From assembly GCA_964016885.1 (NCBI GenBank), contig OZ024740.1, positions 330,770,001 to 330,834,000 on the forward strand: a stretch of 64,000 nt of DNA, written 5' to 3'. The notes below the pieces were generated by a model, which saw only the letters and a program-made list of their open reading frames with translations, did no database searches and was not told where the DNA came from. Within the stretch, counting starts at the first letter, position 1; each line of letters begins with the position of its first letter. Position numbers and translations under genes: made by a program. Shown here one piece after another: positions 14,538 through 27,236 of the stretch. This DNA comes from Eledone cirrhosa. Taxonomy: Eukaryota.

Positions 14538-16165
14538 CATACAAACAAATAAACGCATGTATTAATATATATGTTTATAAGATATATTTGTATCATTGTC
14601 CGTTAATATGAATCGTGCTCTATCATTCCATGCTAACAAATGGTAGAAATAACAATCGACGTACCGATATATGGTGAGGGACGTAAAATAACCCATTACT
14701 TAACAAAGAATATTATGTATAAGGCAATGTTAATACAAAATAGTCGGAAAACATTTCATCAAAATTAGGATTAATGGAGATAAACAACTCTGTCAAGATA
14801 TTCATAGAACTTAGGGTCCTATTATTATGGTAACCGATATGAGTTGCAGCCTGTTTCGAGGCCAGATAAATTTATAATAGTCTGACCTGTAACAGCCTCA
14901 ACATCAACCAACCGAATAAAGAAGTGGATTGAACTCTTTTCATAGAAAACCATGTAACATTCATGCGCAATTTTTTAACGTAGCAAATCAAATATAATAG
15001 CAATCAATCAAACGATATCGATTGAACTGTGAAAATAACAAAATTATATTTATTATAGATAATGACGGGTGTTCTAGAGATAAATATAGGCTTCTTTAAC
15101 GCTTCGGAACCGAGTTGCCATCGATTTCTGAAGAGACAAGTTCTTACACATCAATTGTGATCTAATCCGGCGTTCTTTGTTGATATCTGTTTGACTGCAA
15201 TTTTGGCAAATTAGATAAATTAATTTAATAATCATTATTTGAAATAATAAAAAAAAGGAACGTAAGCTTAACGATAGTTAGGAATATGGATTTGAAATGA
15301 AATGTTTCAGCATTCGATCCCATTACGTGCGACATTCTAAAAAGATTACCTAACATATGCTGATGCTGAACGGTATTATTAAGAGAGCCGTTTACGAGAG
15401 GGAAGGCATGCAGAAAGAATCCCATCGATAATATATGTAATTGAAAGTTATACAAACGCGTATCCACACGGGACCCGTTTTTCAAATCCATATGTTTTAT
15501 CTTGCACCTCTACTACTGTGTATAATTTTTCACCTACGCTATCTCTTTTCCTCTCTGCTCGTTTTTGCTCTCTTTTTAGCACTTAACGTCCAAACAAAAT
15601 GAAAATAATTTTATTAACATTTGCATATTCTCTGCCTCTTCTTTTTCGTCGCTATTCGATCAGTTGGTAAAGATAATTACTTAAATATGCTGCAAACTGA
15701 ATACTGGGCGATAGGTGGAAATCAGAGTGATATTTAATTTTAAATATATGGATCCCCACCCCGCTATAGATTATGCGTTCGGTAATGGTTAAATCTTCAA
15801 ATTGAGACTGTTGTATAGAACGAGCTGAAGCATTTCTGTTGCCCTCACGATCACTAGATCTGACTCTACCTGGCTTGTTGTTCTGAGGTGTACTGACGGA
15901 TCTGGTTTACAGGCACGAGCCCAAAACAATTTTTGTAGTATTTTCTGGTATATTTTCTGAGATTTACGTTGAAATGTATCAAAGTTAAGGTTCAGCGTTG
16001 TATTGAAGATGAAAGGGATCATTTTGAAAATAGTATATAGGTTAGTAAACATATAGAATACAGTTTTTTCATAATACTTTTAATTTTCTTAAACTATTTT
16101 AATTTAGTTTCGATCCATAAAATATAATGAATAAAATCGTGTTACTATTATCGCGTCCATTATAT

Positions 16166-16335
<170 letters not shown>

Positions 16336-17257
16336 AGAGAGTAGGCGAGAAACATATCAAAGTGCATCTATATGCTAGGGTATATCACAGCACACAATAA
16401 AGCCACCATGCAGGATACACCTATAAATAAAAGAGGTGGGTGTATGAGGACATGAAAAATGTTAATGTTTATCAATTGCTATGTATGAGAGTGCAGGTCT
16501 CTTTAAGCGTATCGAATAATTTTTCTCGGAAGTTATCATTTAAATGATACTGTTTCTGGAATACATAACGTACCACAGAATATGCTCATAATGCAGTATA
16601 GAAAATTGGAGAATGTAGAGCTTACATATTACCTGAATACACTGGTTGGAGATTATGGGTGTTCTAACAAATAACATTGACCACAACTACATTCATATTT
16701 TTGTTTAATGTTGCAATTCTTATATCTTATCATTGTGGGCCATCTGTAAATTATGCAATATAATTAACCCTTATTATTTTAAAGAGATGCCTATCGTCTA
16801 TCTCATTAAAGGAAGGATACGATCAACTTAAATTACAATGATATTTGAGAATATAAGTGTAATTAATTGAAATCGTTTTAATTAGAACTGACAGCTGAAT
16901 TCACTTTAAATCGATATATCCATATGTTGGAATGGAATGGAATATTATCGTGATTAGAAATGAAATTTCTCCAATATATTTCTTTACCAATTATTCTGTA
17001 ATAAGAGAAATATTCAATTAATGATATGGCTTTAGTTTCTCACCGAATGATTTCACTTGGTTTTTGGATTTCTAACATTAATTATACCCATATTGTAAAA
17101 TAAGTTGTAATTAAATCAGAAATTTATGTCCTATAGTTTTACTGCAAAATGATATAAAAAATGCCGGGGAAATGATCGGCATTAACACCTGAGATAGTTA
17201 ATACTCTCACTTGCATTCATAGTGTCTTCATCATTGTCTATATCCATTTTATGTCTT

Positions 17258-18267
17258 ACTAGCAGCAGTACCTAGCGTCACCTGGGGAGGTAAAATAATA
17301 TCTGCTTTGATGAAAAGGTGTTGATCTTAGCGACTGCTTATCGATGACTCATCTATGGCCACACAAAGGCCATGCGGAGGAGGGTGGTGATGACCTCTAT
17401 CACTGAGAAACGCGGGTGACTGACGAAGGGGCATGCTGGGGAGGGAGGTAATGACCTCTAACACTAAGCCAAATTTCTTCACGCTACTTGATTGGAAACC
17501 GATGAATTCTCAAATGCACAACTAAAAGCTCAGACGACGTCAGTGGCCATCGTTTTGCCTTTGACGATCTACAACATGTGCAATGATAGGTTCTATCGTA
17601 GTATAAAAGTTGAACCAAATAAATTGATTTATGTGTGAGGTGGAGCCGAAGTTTCGAATTTGAATGAAATCGGTTGAAAAATATGGGAGATAAAGCCGAA
17701 AAGGCGGAAATTTGAGCGAAAAGGTGGTATTTTCGAATATTTAAGCGTTCCTGAACAAAATCTCGAAAAGGTAAAGGCATTGTAAGACGTTAAATAACCA
17801 GATCTAGCGTAGTTTAAAATTTGAAAAAACTAGGTTGCTTAATGTGGGAGCTGGAGCCGAAAGAGTGGAAATTTGATTCTAAAAGTGGTATTTTTGAATA
17901 TTTAAGCGGCTGCCACGCAGTCCCTGAAAATATAAATAAAAAATATAAAGCCATTATCGGATGTGCATAGATGAATTCTTATTTGCTTTAAAATTTGAAC
18001 GAAATCGGTGGGAAAATGTGGCAGCTAGAGCCAAAAATCTTATTTTGCGACACCTAAAAAAAAAAGGAGCCCCTATCGATTTTTATCTGCAGAATGACAC
18101 CGGAATAAAAAAGAAAAACGATACGCTGATATATGGAAAACATCCCTGATGACTATATCTATGAGCCTGTAAAGATTCATGAAAAGCGGTCGTAAGATGT
18201 AGGCCCCTATAGTTAATACACAGACACACAGACACACGCACGCAATTAATTTTATATATATACAGAT
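17258..18267 (+). mobile_element. Non-autonomous Helitron/Helentron-like (HINE/DINE-type) element
   Basis: 5' ACTAGCAG...ACCTAGCGTCACCTGGG hairpin start; 3' CAGACACA repeats then TTTTATATATATACAGAT. Confidence 0.6.
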
Positions 18268-18332
18268 GAATACTGTTCATATTATTATCGACCTATGTTG
18301 CAATTTCATACGCTTACTATTACACCCCCCCT

Positions 18333-18581
<249 letters not shown>

Positions 18582-18671
18582 CTCTACGATTATTATATAT
18601 TTGATATATATTTATCCTTATCGAGCCCTCTTTGGGTTTTAGTGTTCAAATTTATTATTATTATTACTATC

Positions 18672-18862
18672 GGTGGATTGGCAGTATTGGTAGAGGGTCG
18701 GACGTCATGCTTTGACGTATAGAGTTACGGCTCTTGCCATTCTGAGTTCAAATCCCGCCAAGGTTAACTTTGCCTTTCATCCTTACGGGGTCGATAAAAT
18801 AAAGTACGAGTAATGCACTGGGTAATTGCTGGCCTTGTGCCTAACGTAGAAACAATTATTAC
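18672..18862 (+). mobile_element. Full-length tRNA-derived SINE with Meta-domain-like core
   Basis: A box TGGCAGTATTGG, B box GAGTTCAAATCC, core, short (ATT) tail. Confidence 0.8.
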
Positions 18863-19067
18863 TATATATATATATATGCACAGAAATATCCACGGTAAGT
18901 TGTGGGGTCCAGTCTGCCTATGAAGAACTCAATGTAATATGACGAAGTATAGCTACGATGTATTATCATCACCTAGAAACGATCGTAAGACAGTGAAATA
19001 TAATTCTAATGATTTGATTTTTTATTTCATTGTTTTAACTTATATATATATATATATATATATATAT

Positions 19068-19205
19068 AACGAAGAAAGTGTGCTAAGGAACCAGATGGAC
19101 CATAACGCACCAGAGAACTCAATACTTAGAGTAGTAGAGTGGGTAATTGGAAAATGTTTAACCACGACGGCAGAGCTCAAGCCGTTTCGACGGCTATTTC
19201 TGGCA
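19068..19205 (-). mobile_element. 3'-terminal fragment of a sister Naiad subfamily (tail plus half HHR)
   Basis: Diverged homolog of 19231-19368, bounded by (TA)n on both sides. Confidence 0.8.
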
Positions 19206-19323
19206 TATATATATATATATATATATATATAACGAAGGAAATGTGGTAAGGAACCAGGTGGACCATAACGCACCAAAGTACTCAATACTTGAGGTAGTAG
19301 AGTGGGTAATAGGAACCAGTAAG

Positions 19324-19417
19324 ACCCCGACAGCTGAGCTCAAGCCGTTTCGACGGCTAATTCTGGACTAAATGAAAATTTATCCTGGTATTTAAATAGC
19401 CGATCTTCTCAAGGGGT
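19324..19417 (-). ncRNA. Type-I hammerhead ribozyme, U3-A8 variant
   Basis: ACCCC-TTGAGAA-GA(T)CGGCTA..loop..TAGCCGTC-GAAA-CGGCT tgagctc AGCTG-TC-GGGGT. Confidence 0.85.
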
Positions 19418-20517
19418 AATTCCATATATGGTCAAAGTGATTGTCAAAAATCAGTAGTAATTCTGTGGTTGCAAATTAGTAGGGGAGAAGGTGGCTAAAC
19501 CTGCCAGTAGGAGAAAGAGGGGAGGGGGTGGAGTAGACCCAATCAAGCGTTGGTAGTGCCAGCTACAGCTGGGCATGAGGTCAAAGAAGATACAGGGGAG
19601 GGGGAGGGGGAGGAAGTCGGAACGGTAGGTAGAACAATGGGGGGTAGAAATAGGAAAGAAAAAAAAAAAAATACTGAGAGTGAAGAAAGGCAAATAAGTG
19701 TAAAGAAAAGTAAAGTAAATTAAATTCTACGACCTAGGTGTCAGGCTATTGTTAGGCGAGAATAAAATAAAGAAAGAAAGAAAGAAGTAAAAAAATAATA
19801 AATAAATGAATAAATAAGGAAATAAGTAAGAGAACTAGGTGGGACGGATAAGGCAAGGACCCTTTTAAGAGGTATAAGTACGTAAATGATACGGTGACGG
19901 GTCAACAAAAGGGGCCAAAATACTAAAGAGACTACCACGAAATAAACAATAAAGGTTTCCATCCCGGGCCAGCAACGACCCAGTGCAGCAAAGTGAACTT
20001 GTACGAGATAATAATTCTGAGTCCCGAGAAAAATATATACTAATGATAACTCTAAAAGATCTAAAACAAGCTACATGAAAGTTCGTACGAAATAAAGGTA
20101 GAATACGGAGAAATAAATTCAGAATCCACCCCGCCCAGAAGAAAAGCGAAGCAAGAAATACTGAAACGAAAAAATAAGGCATGTGCCACTAAGAAATATA
20201 GAGGGCACAGAGAATAGTGGGAGCGGTCGGAAAAAGGGGGAAAGTATCCGGGGTCTAAGCCAGCTGCTATAAAGGGCGGAGTCCGCCAAATCTATCAAAG
20301 ACTAGGGGAGGGGGGGTGGGGGTACTAAGGCTACATGGGGCCAAAGGGCAGCCTCGGGTGGGCGAGAAAAGACGCCGACATAGGAGAAGAGCTGGGGTAG
20401 AAGGACAAAGGGGAGAGGGGGGAAGGAAATAAAGGAAGCGATAAAAGAATACAAAGAAGATCTTACGTCTTCCTTGGCAAGCAGGGGTTACCTATTGCAA
20501 AATCAGCAACTGGGGTG

Positions 20518-22686
20518 TTATAGCCCTAGTCTACCCCCCCCCGGGTCATTATGGGGTTTGAGGGCGAGGTAAGTCCTACGCAATCTATGTTTACATGCAG
20601 TAACCAGTTCATCTTTCTTGTTTAGGAGTTGGTCCGTCGAAAACAGCATTTGTAAAGTTTCCTCCGAGCATAAATTGCACGGACGGCGTCCTCCCGTGTA
20701 AGAATTGGCTCTGGACAGTAATCTCCAAGTGAGATCATAGGTGATGTTGTTGTCCTTGAGGTCCCATATGTGGCCCGAAAGTGTAGTGGCGTGACGCCGG
20801 GCCGGGTTTCGGAAGGTATGTCTATGTTGGTATAGCCGGGTCTTGAAGTCACATGCGGTAAGTCCTATATAGGCTTTGTTGGAGGTATCCGTCCTCACGT
20901 TGCACTGGTAGATCACATTACGGTCTCTGCATCTATTGTCGAGTGGGCAAATAGATCTATCCGGGCAGTTTCACCTCCTGGTCGGTTCTCCACTGCTAAT
21001 TAGGTTATTTCTGCCATCGGGGTTGAGTTTTTTGTTGTTAGAGGAGACGATGTTTTGTGCGAAGTTTGGTGTAGTGCTGTAAGAGAGTTTGATGGTATTT
21101 TTGTTAATCGTGTTGTGGTAGCGGTGTTGTAATGGGAAGTGTTTTTCAATGAGCCTAAAGAAAAGTTTCCCGATGGGAGTAGTCACCTCTGCGTTGTGGG
21201 GAGGATTGAACCATGTTACATTGCGTGAGCGGCGGTGTCTCCTCCTGGTTCCGCTAATGGGAGCTGGACAGTAGGATATTTCCTCCCGGAAACCACTCCG
21301 CTTGAGGGCCTGGTTGTAATAAGGCGCATGTTCATCGAATATCCGCTCATTAGCTGACAAACGGGATATGCGGAGGGAGATGTTTTTGACCAGGTTGTTT
21401 GTGATGTTCCTAGGATGGTTTGATCGGCGGTGGATGTAGTGCAGATTGTCATTAGGTTTCCTGTATGGGTAGTACAGGTCGTTTTCGAGGTCGAGTGTTA
21501 CGTCCAGGAAGTTTACTCGGGTCAGGGACGTTTGTAGTGTTATTTTAAATCCCCAGTCGCGGAAGAATCTGATTAATTGTTTCCGGACCCGATCTGTACT
21601 ACTGCGGTTGTACCCTTTAAGGGTAAGGAGCCCATCATCACGGTACAATCCACCACCGAATGCAGGAAACATATCAGTGAGTTTGGCTATTAGGAATAAT
21701 CCTATAAGATCAGTGACCTCCGCCGAATCCGTGGCGCCCATGCTGACGTCGAAGGGTGAGTCGGGAGCTCTTTTTATCCATTTAGAGTCGTCAAAGAGTA
21801 AGACTGTCTTCCTGGCGTGGAGGATGATTTTTCTTTCCTGGTCGGTGATGGGCACGAGTGTTTCGGCGAAGTCCAAGGCGGCAGTAAGTAGCGGTAAGGT
21901 GATAGAAGCATAGTAGCTCTCTATGTCGAACTGTATGAATTTAGTTTCTCGTTTATCCTCCATATTGCTGAACCAGGAGATTACTTCCTGGGTGTTGATC
22001 CATAGGCTAAGTCGGGTGTGTTGCTTGACTTTTGGTATCACGCGGTCTAGGATTATTTTGCTGATTCTCCCTATGTCGGACTTCGTTGGGTTAATAAGCC
22101 TGATGGAGGGTTTACGGTCAAAATCGGATTTATGGTCCTTCAGTGTGAAGTATGGTGTCCGTGGGTCTAGAGGTTCCGTGCGGTCGGCGACCCCGAGGCT
22201 GGAGGTGATTTGTTGTCCATCTTGATTTATGTCCTCGATACAAGAGTGGTTGGCCTTTTTATAGGTGGAGTTTAGGCTGCTCCTGATCAGTGTGTGGTAT
22301 CTGTCAGGGTTGACAAAGTATAGGTTCCCAGTTTTATCCGAATGCACCATGATGTCATTTGTGTTATCATACTCTGTTAAGTTGCTACGGAGTTTTTGTA
22401 GGAATCGGTTGTGTCTGGGTTTAAATTTAATGTTCTTGACCAGTTGGAAGAGGTCATTCTCGAAGGGTGCGAGCAAGGGGTTCAGGGGCGGAGATTTGTA
22501 GGTAATAAATCCGAATCTCTCCTTGGTGCCGAAGTCTTGGTTGTCGCAATATCTGTCATAGAAAAAAGTTCTCCATCTAAGTCTTTTCGCAAATAGATCA
22601 ATTTTTTGCGTGAGCATCCGAAGGTAAAGTTTTTTCGGTGGGATTGGGATGTTCTTGGTAGAGAAGTCAATGTTGTGTTTTCGCAT
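20518..22686 (-). CDS. Naiad PLE polyprotein (RT, CxCx5C linker, GIY-YIG endonuclease), ~722 codons with one in-frame TGA at 20973-20971
   Basis: QFDIESYY, SMGATDS, GLYRDDGL RT motifs; VIYQC...YIGLT...FKTRLYQH GIY-YIG; CNLC...CKH; ORFs 20971-22833 and 20518-20916 share a frame; ATG at 22686 matches the start of the homolog at 34953. Confidence 0.9.
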
Positions 22687-22871
22687 GGTGCGGGTGAAAT
22701 GAATTGAGCTTAGCGGAAAAGTCTGGATGCGGCGTGGTAGGGTCGGAAAGTGCTCTACTACGGGAGTAGGAGCTAGATAACGAAGGAAATGTGGTAAGGA
22801 ACCAGGTGGACCATAACGTACCAAAGTACTCAATACTTGAGGTAGTAGAGTGGGTAATAGGAACCAGTAAG

Positions 22872-22965
22872 ACCCAGACAGCTGAGCTCAAGCCGTTTCG
22901 ACGGCTAATTCTGGACTAAATGAAAATTTATCCTGGTATTTAAATAGCCGATCTTCTCAAGGGGT
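22872..22965 (-). ncRNA. Type-I hammerhead ribozyme, U3-A8 variant (one stem I mismatch)
   Basis: Copy of 19324-19417 with GTC-TGGGT. Confidence 0.8.
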
Positions 22966-24072
22966 AATTCCATATATGGTCAAAGTGATTGTCAAAAATC
23001 AGTAGTAATTCTGTGGTTGCAAATTAGTAGGGGAGATGGTGGCTAAACCTGCCAGTAGGAGAAAGAGGGGAGGGGGTGGAGTAGACCCAATCAAGCGTTG
23101 GTAGTGCCAGCTACAGCTGGGCATGAGGTCAAAGAAGATACAGGGGATGGGGAGGGGGAGGAAGTCGGAACGGTAGGTAGAACAATGGGGGGTAGAAATG
23201 GGAAAGAAAAAAAAAAAATACTGAGTGTGAAGAAAGGCAAATAAGTGTAAAGAAAAGTAAAGTAAATTAAATTCTACGACCTAGGTGTCAGGCTATTGTT
23301 AGGCGAGAAAAAAATAAATAAAGAAAGAAAGAAGTAAAAAAATAATAAATAAATGAATAAATAAGGAAATAAGTAAGAGAACTAGGTGGGACGGATAAGG
23401 CAAGGACCCTTTTAAGAGGTATAAGTACGTAAATGATACGGTGACGGGTCAACAAAAGGGGCCAAAATACTAAAGAGACTACCACGAAATAAACAATAAA
23501 GGTTTCCATCCCGGGCCAGCAACGACCCAGTGCAGCAAAGTGAACTTGTACGAGATAATAATTCTGAGTCCCGAGAAAAATATATACTAATGCTAACTCT
23601 AAAAGATCTAAAACAAGCTACATGAAAGTTCGTACGAAATAAAGGTAGAATACGGAGAAATAAATTCAGAATCCACCCCGCCCAGAAGAAAAGCGAAGCA
23701 AGAAATACTGAAACGAAAAAATAAGGCATGTGCCACTAAGAAATATAGAGGGCACAGAGAATAGTGGGAGCGGTCGGAAAAAGGGGGAAAGTATCCGGGG
23801 TCTAAGCCAGCTGCTATAAAGAGCGGAGTCCGCCCAATCTATCAAAGACTAGGGGAGGGGGGGTGGGGGTACTAAGGCTACATGGGGCCAAAGGGCAGCC
23901 TCGGGTGGGCGAGAAAAGACGCCGACAAAGGAGAAGAGCTGGGGTAGAAGGACAAAGGGGAGAGGGGGGAAGGAAATAAAGGAAGCGATAAAAGAATACA
24001 AAGAAGATCTTACTTCTTCCTTGGCAAGCAGGGGTTACCTATTGCAAAATCAGCAACTGGGGTGTTATAGCC

Positions 24073-24624
24073 CTAGTCTACCCCCCCCGGGTCATTATGG
24101 GGTTTGAGGGCGAGGTAAGTCCTACGCAATCTATGTTTACATGCAGTAACCAGTTCATCTTTCTTGTTTAGGAGTTGGTCCGTCGAAAACAGCATTTGTA
24201 AAGTTTCCTCCGAGCATAAATTGCACGGACGGCGTCCTCCCGTGTAAGAATTGGCTCTGGACAGTAATCTCCAAGTGAGATCATAGGTGATGTTGTTGTC
24301 CTTGAGGTCCCATATGTGGCCCGAAAGTGTAGTGGCGTGACGCCGGGCCGGGTTTCGGAAGGTATGTCTATGTTGGTATAGCCGGGTCTTGAAGTCACAT
24401 GCGGTAAGTCCTATATAGGCTTTGTTGGAGGTATCCGTCCTCACGTTGCACTGGTAGATCACATTACGGTCTCTGCATCTATTGTCGAGTGGGCAAATAG
24501 ATCTATCCGGGCAGTTACACCTCCTGGTCGGTTCTCCACTGCTAATTAGGTTAGTTCTGCCATCGGGGTTGAGTTTTTTGTTGTTAGAGGAGACGATGTT
24601 TTGTGCGAAGTTTGGTGTAGTGCT
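24073..24624 (-). pseudogene. 5'-truncated tandem copy of the Naiad ORF (linker plus GIY-YIG)
   Basis: Near identical to 20526-21078; TGT at 24519-24517 where the full copy has TGA. Confidence 0.9.
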
Positions 24625-25507
24625 AGTCTTTGATAGATTTGGCGGACTCCGCCCTTTATAGCAGCTGGCTTAGACCCCGGATACTTTCCCCCTTTTTCCG
24701 ACCGCTCCCACTATTCTCTGTGCCCTCTATATTTCTTAGTGGCACATGCCTTATTTTTTCGTTTCAGTATTTCTTGCTTCGCTTTTCTTCTGGGCGGGGT
24801 GGATTCTGAATTTATTTCTCCGTATTCTACCTTTATTTCGTACGAACTTTCATGTAGCTTGTTTTAGATCTTTTAGAGTTAGCATTAGTATATATTTTTC
24901 TCGGGACTCAGAATTATTATCTCGTACAAGTTCACTTTGCTGCACTGGGTCGTTGCTGGCCCGGGATGGAAACCTTTATTATTTATTTCGTGGTAGTCTC
25001 TTTAGTATTTTGGCCCCTTTTGTTGACCCGTCACCGTATCATTTACGTACTTATACCTCTTAAAAGGGTCCTTGCCTTATCCGTCCCACCTAGTTCTCTT
25101 ACTTATTTCCTTATTTATTCATTTATTTATTATTTTTTTACTTCTTTCTTTCTTTCTTTATTTTATTCTCGCCTAACAATAGCCTGACACCTAGGTCGTA
25201 GAATTTAATTTACTTTACTTTTCTTTACACTTATTTGCCTTTCTTCACTCTCAGTATTTTTTTTTTCTTTCCTATTTCTACCCCCCATTGTTCTACCTAC
25301 CGTTCCGACTTCCTCCCCCTCCCCCTCCCCTGTATCTTCTTTGACCTCATGCCCAGCTGTAGCTGGCACTACCAACGCTTGATTGGGTCTACTCCACCCC
25401 CTCCCCTCTTTCTCCTACTGGCAGGTTTAGCCACCATCTCCCCTACTAATTTGCAACCACAGAATTACTACTGATTTTTGACAATCACTTTGACCATATA
25501 TGGAATT

Positions 25508-25601
25508 ACCCCTTGAGAAGATCGGCTATTTAAATACCAGGATAAATTTTCATTTAGTCCAGAATTAGCCGTCGAAACGGCTTGAGCTCAGCTGTCGGGG
25601 T
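25508..25601 (+). ncRNA. Type-I hammerhead ribozyme, U3-A8 variant (inverted pseudo-LTR)
   Basis: Reverse complement of 19324-19417. Confidence 0.85.
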
Positions 25602-25753
25602 CTTACTGGTTCCTATATATATATATATATATATATATTAATAAGAGGAATTCCAACTTTGTCTGATTTACTCGTTTTATTTACAATCCTTTAAAATATA
25701 TAATGGTATTATAATGAAATAGTATGATAGAATATTAAATCCTAAGTGTTAAT

Positions 25754-25792
25754 TGAATAAGTACTTTCATGCTTTCGCAATCTTCAGGTTCA
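25754..25792 (-). ncRNA. Minimal type-I hammerhead ribozyme
   Basis: TGAAC-CTGAAGA-tTGC GAAA GCAt-GAAA-GTAC-TT-ATTCA. Confidence 0.7.
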
Positions 25793-26172
25793 TAATATGT
25801 GGTGACAGTCGAATTTTCAATTTTCAACTGTAATGAGATGGGTAAATTTCCTACCTTTTATACATTTTATACAGAGAAAAGTGGCTCCAGAATGCTAAGC
25901 CCTGTAAATTGTATTTCGACCAATCAGTGTGTAGTTTCACTGAATTACTAAAGCTGATTGGTTTAAGCGTCACGGCTGGTTGAGCATGCTAACGACCAAT
26001 AATCATATCCAAAGCATCAATTGTTTTGCTATTTTTAGAAATGATGAAAATAGCATTTTCTATTATTCATCACCATCAACATCATTTTTATTATTATTAT
26101 TATTGTTGTTGTTGTTGTTGTTGTTAGTGGTCGTGGTCATAGTGGTAGTAGAAGTAATACCCCTAAGCGTTA

Positions 26173-26840
26173 TTATTGTTCATTTAGCTTGGGTTTGAAT
26201 TTATCAATAAAATTCTTTTCTTTGATTTTTCTCTTGATTACACTTGTGCTGTGTAATTTGTAGAATGGGAATATTATAAATATTCCCTGACCACATGATG
26301 CTAGGTGGTTGCTTAGGGGTATCTGACGGACATTTGGGTTTCTGATTTGTTGACGGTGTACCCGTGCACGTTCCGATAGTGCATTTCCAGTTTGACCGAC
26401 ATATAGTTCTTCACAATTCGGGCATTTAATGCAGTAAATTAGATTTCTGCTTTTGCAGTTCATATTTGCATTTGGGAATATTTTTCCAGTTTTTGTTTTC
26501 ATATATTGACCGGCGTGTATGGATTGACATGTGCCGCATCGACTATCATTGCATTTAGATACAGTGAATGATTGGTCTTTGTTGGTAAGGTCAAACTTTG
26601 CTTTTGTTAGTAATTGCTTCAAATTTTTTGGCTGTCTTTTACTAAGAGTCAAAGATCGATCTGTGATTAAGCCTTTTAATTCATTACTTTGAGCAATGAT
26701 CGGTAGGTTTGCTTTGGCAGTGTTGAAGATATTCTGGTGACATGGGTTGTGTGTCATTATAAATGGTATGACCAGTTCTTGGTTTCTTCTTCCTTGGGTT
26801 GTTCTAAGTTGTTGTATAGGTATTTTTATAGCCCGCTGTA
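26173..26840 (-). pseudogene. PLE C-terminal Cys-rich linker plus GIY-YIG endonuclease fragment (Neptune-like)
   Basis: CNDSRCGTC...NCKSRNLIYCIKCPNCEELYVGQTG...R...H. Confidence 0.88.
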
Positions 26841-26933
26841 TGACATTTTCTCTGTATAAAATGTATAAAAGGTAGGAAATTTACCCATCTCATTACAGTT
26901 GAAAATTGCAAACTCGACTGTCACCACATATTA

Positions 26934-26972
26934 TGAACCTGAAGATTGCGAAAGCATGAAAGAAGTTGTTCA
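26934..26972 (+). ncRNA. Minimal type-I hammerhead ribozyme
   Basis: TGAAC-CTGAAGA-tTGC GAAA GCAt-GAAA-GAAG-TT-GTTCA. Confidence 0.65.
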
Positions 26973-27140
26973 ATTAACACTTAGAATTTAATATTCTATC
27001 ATACTATTTCATTATAATAACATTATATATTTTAAAGGATCGTAAATAAAACGAGTAAATCAGACAAAGTTGGAATTCCTCTTATTAATATAATCTTCTA
27101 TACACAATCATACACACCCGTGTATATTTACCTATCTATA

Positions 27141-27236
<96 letters not shown>

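Larger units (their letters stand above)
19231..25614 (-). mobile_element. Naiad-type Penelope-like element: full unit 19231-22778, partial tandem copy 22779-24624, inverted copy 24623-25614
   Basis: Near-identical repeats with 3548 bp period; RT plus C-terminal GIY-YIG ORF; HHR in each pseudo-LTR; (TA)n at both ends. Confidence 0.95.
25637..27092 (-). mobile_element. 5'-truncated PLE with inverted pseudo-LTRs (25637-25879 / 26846-27092)
   Basis: ~240 bp inverted repeats around a GIY-YIG fragment. Confidence 0.9.

Noticed and set aside
15789-16052. Possible host exon (also 9000-9230 and 50978-51319)
   Set aside because: No recognisable domain or consistent splice-site pair
19451-20182. Hydrophobic short ORFs repeated in the Naiad 3' region
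   Set aside because: Product of T-rich UTR composition; conserved only because the copies are recent
20495-20552. Alternative SECIS starting at ATGAC(C)(G)n on the minus strand
   Set aside because: Starts inside the ORF, helix II pairs poorly, no apical AA
21608-22596. Antisense ORFs over the PLE RT (likewise over the Dong ORF)
   Set aside because: Shadow frames of real coding sequence
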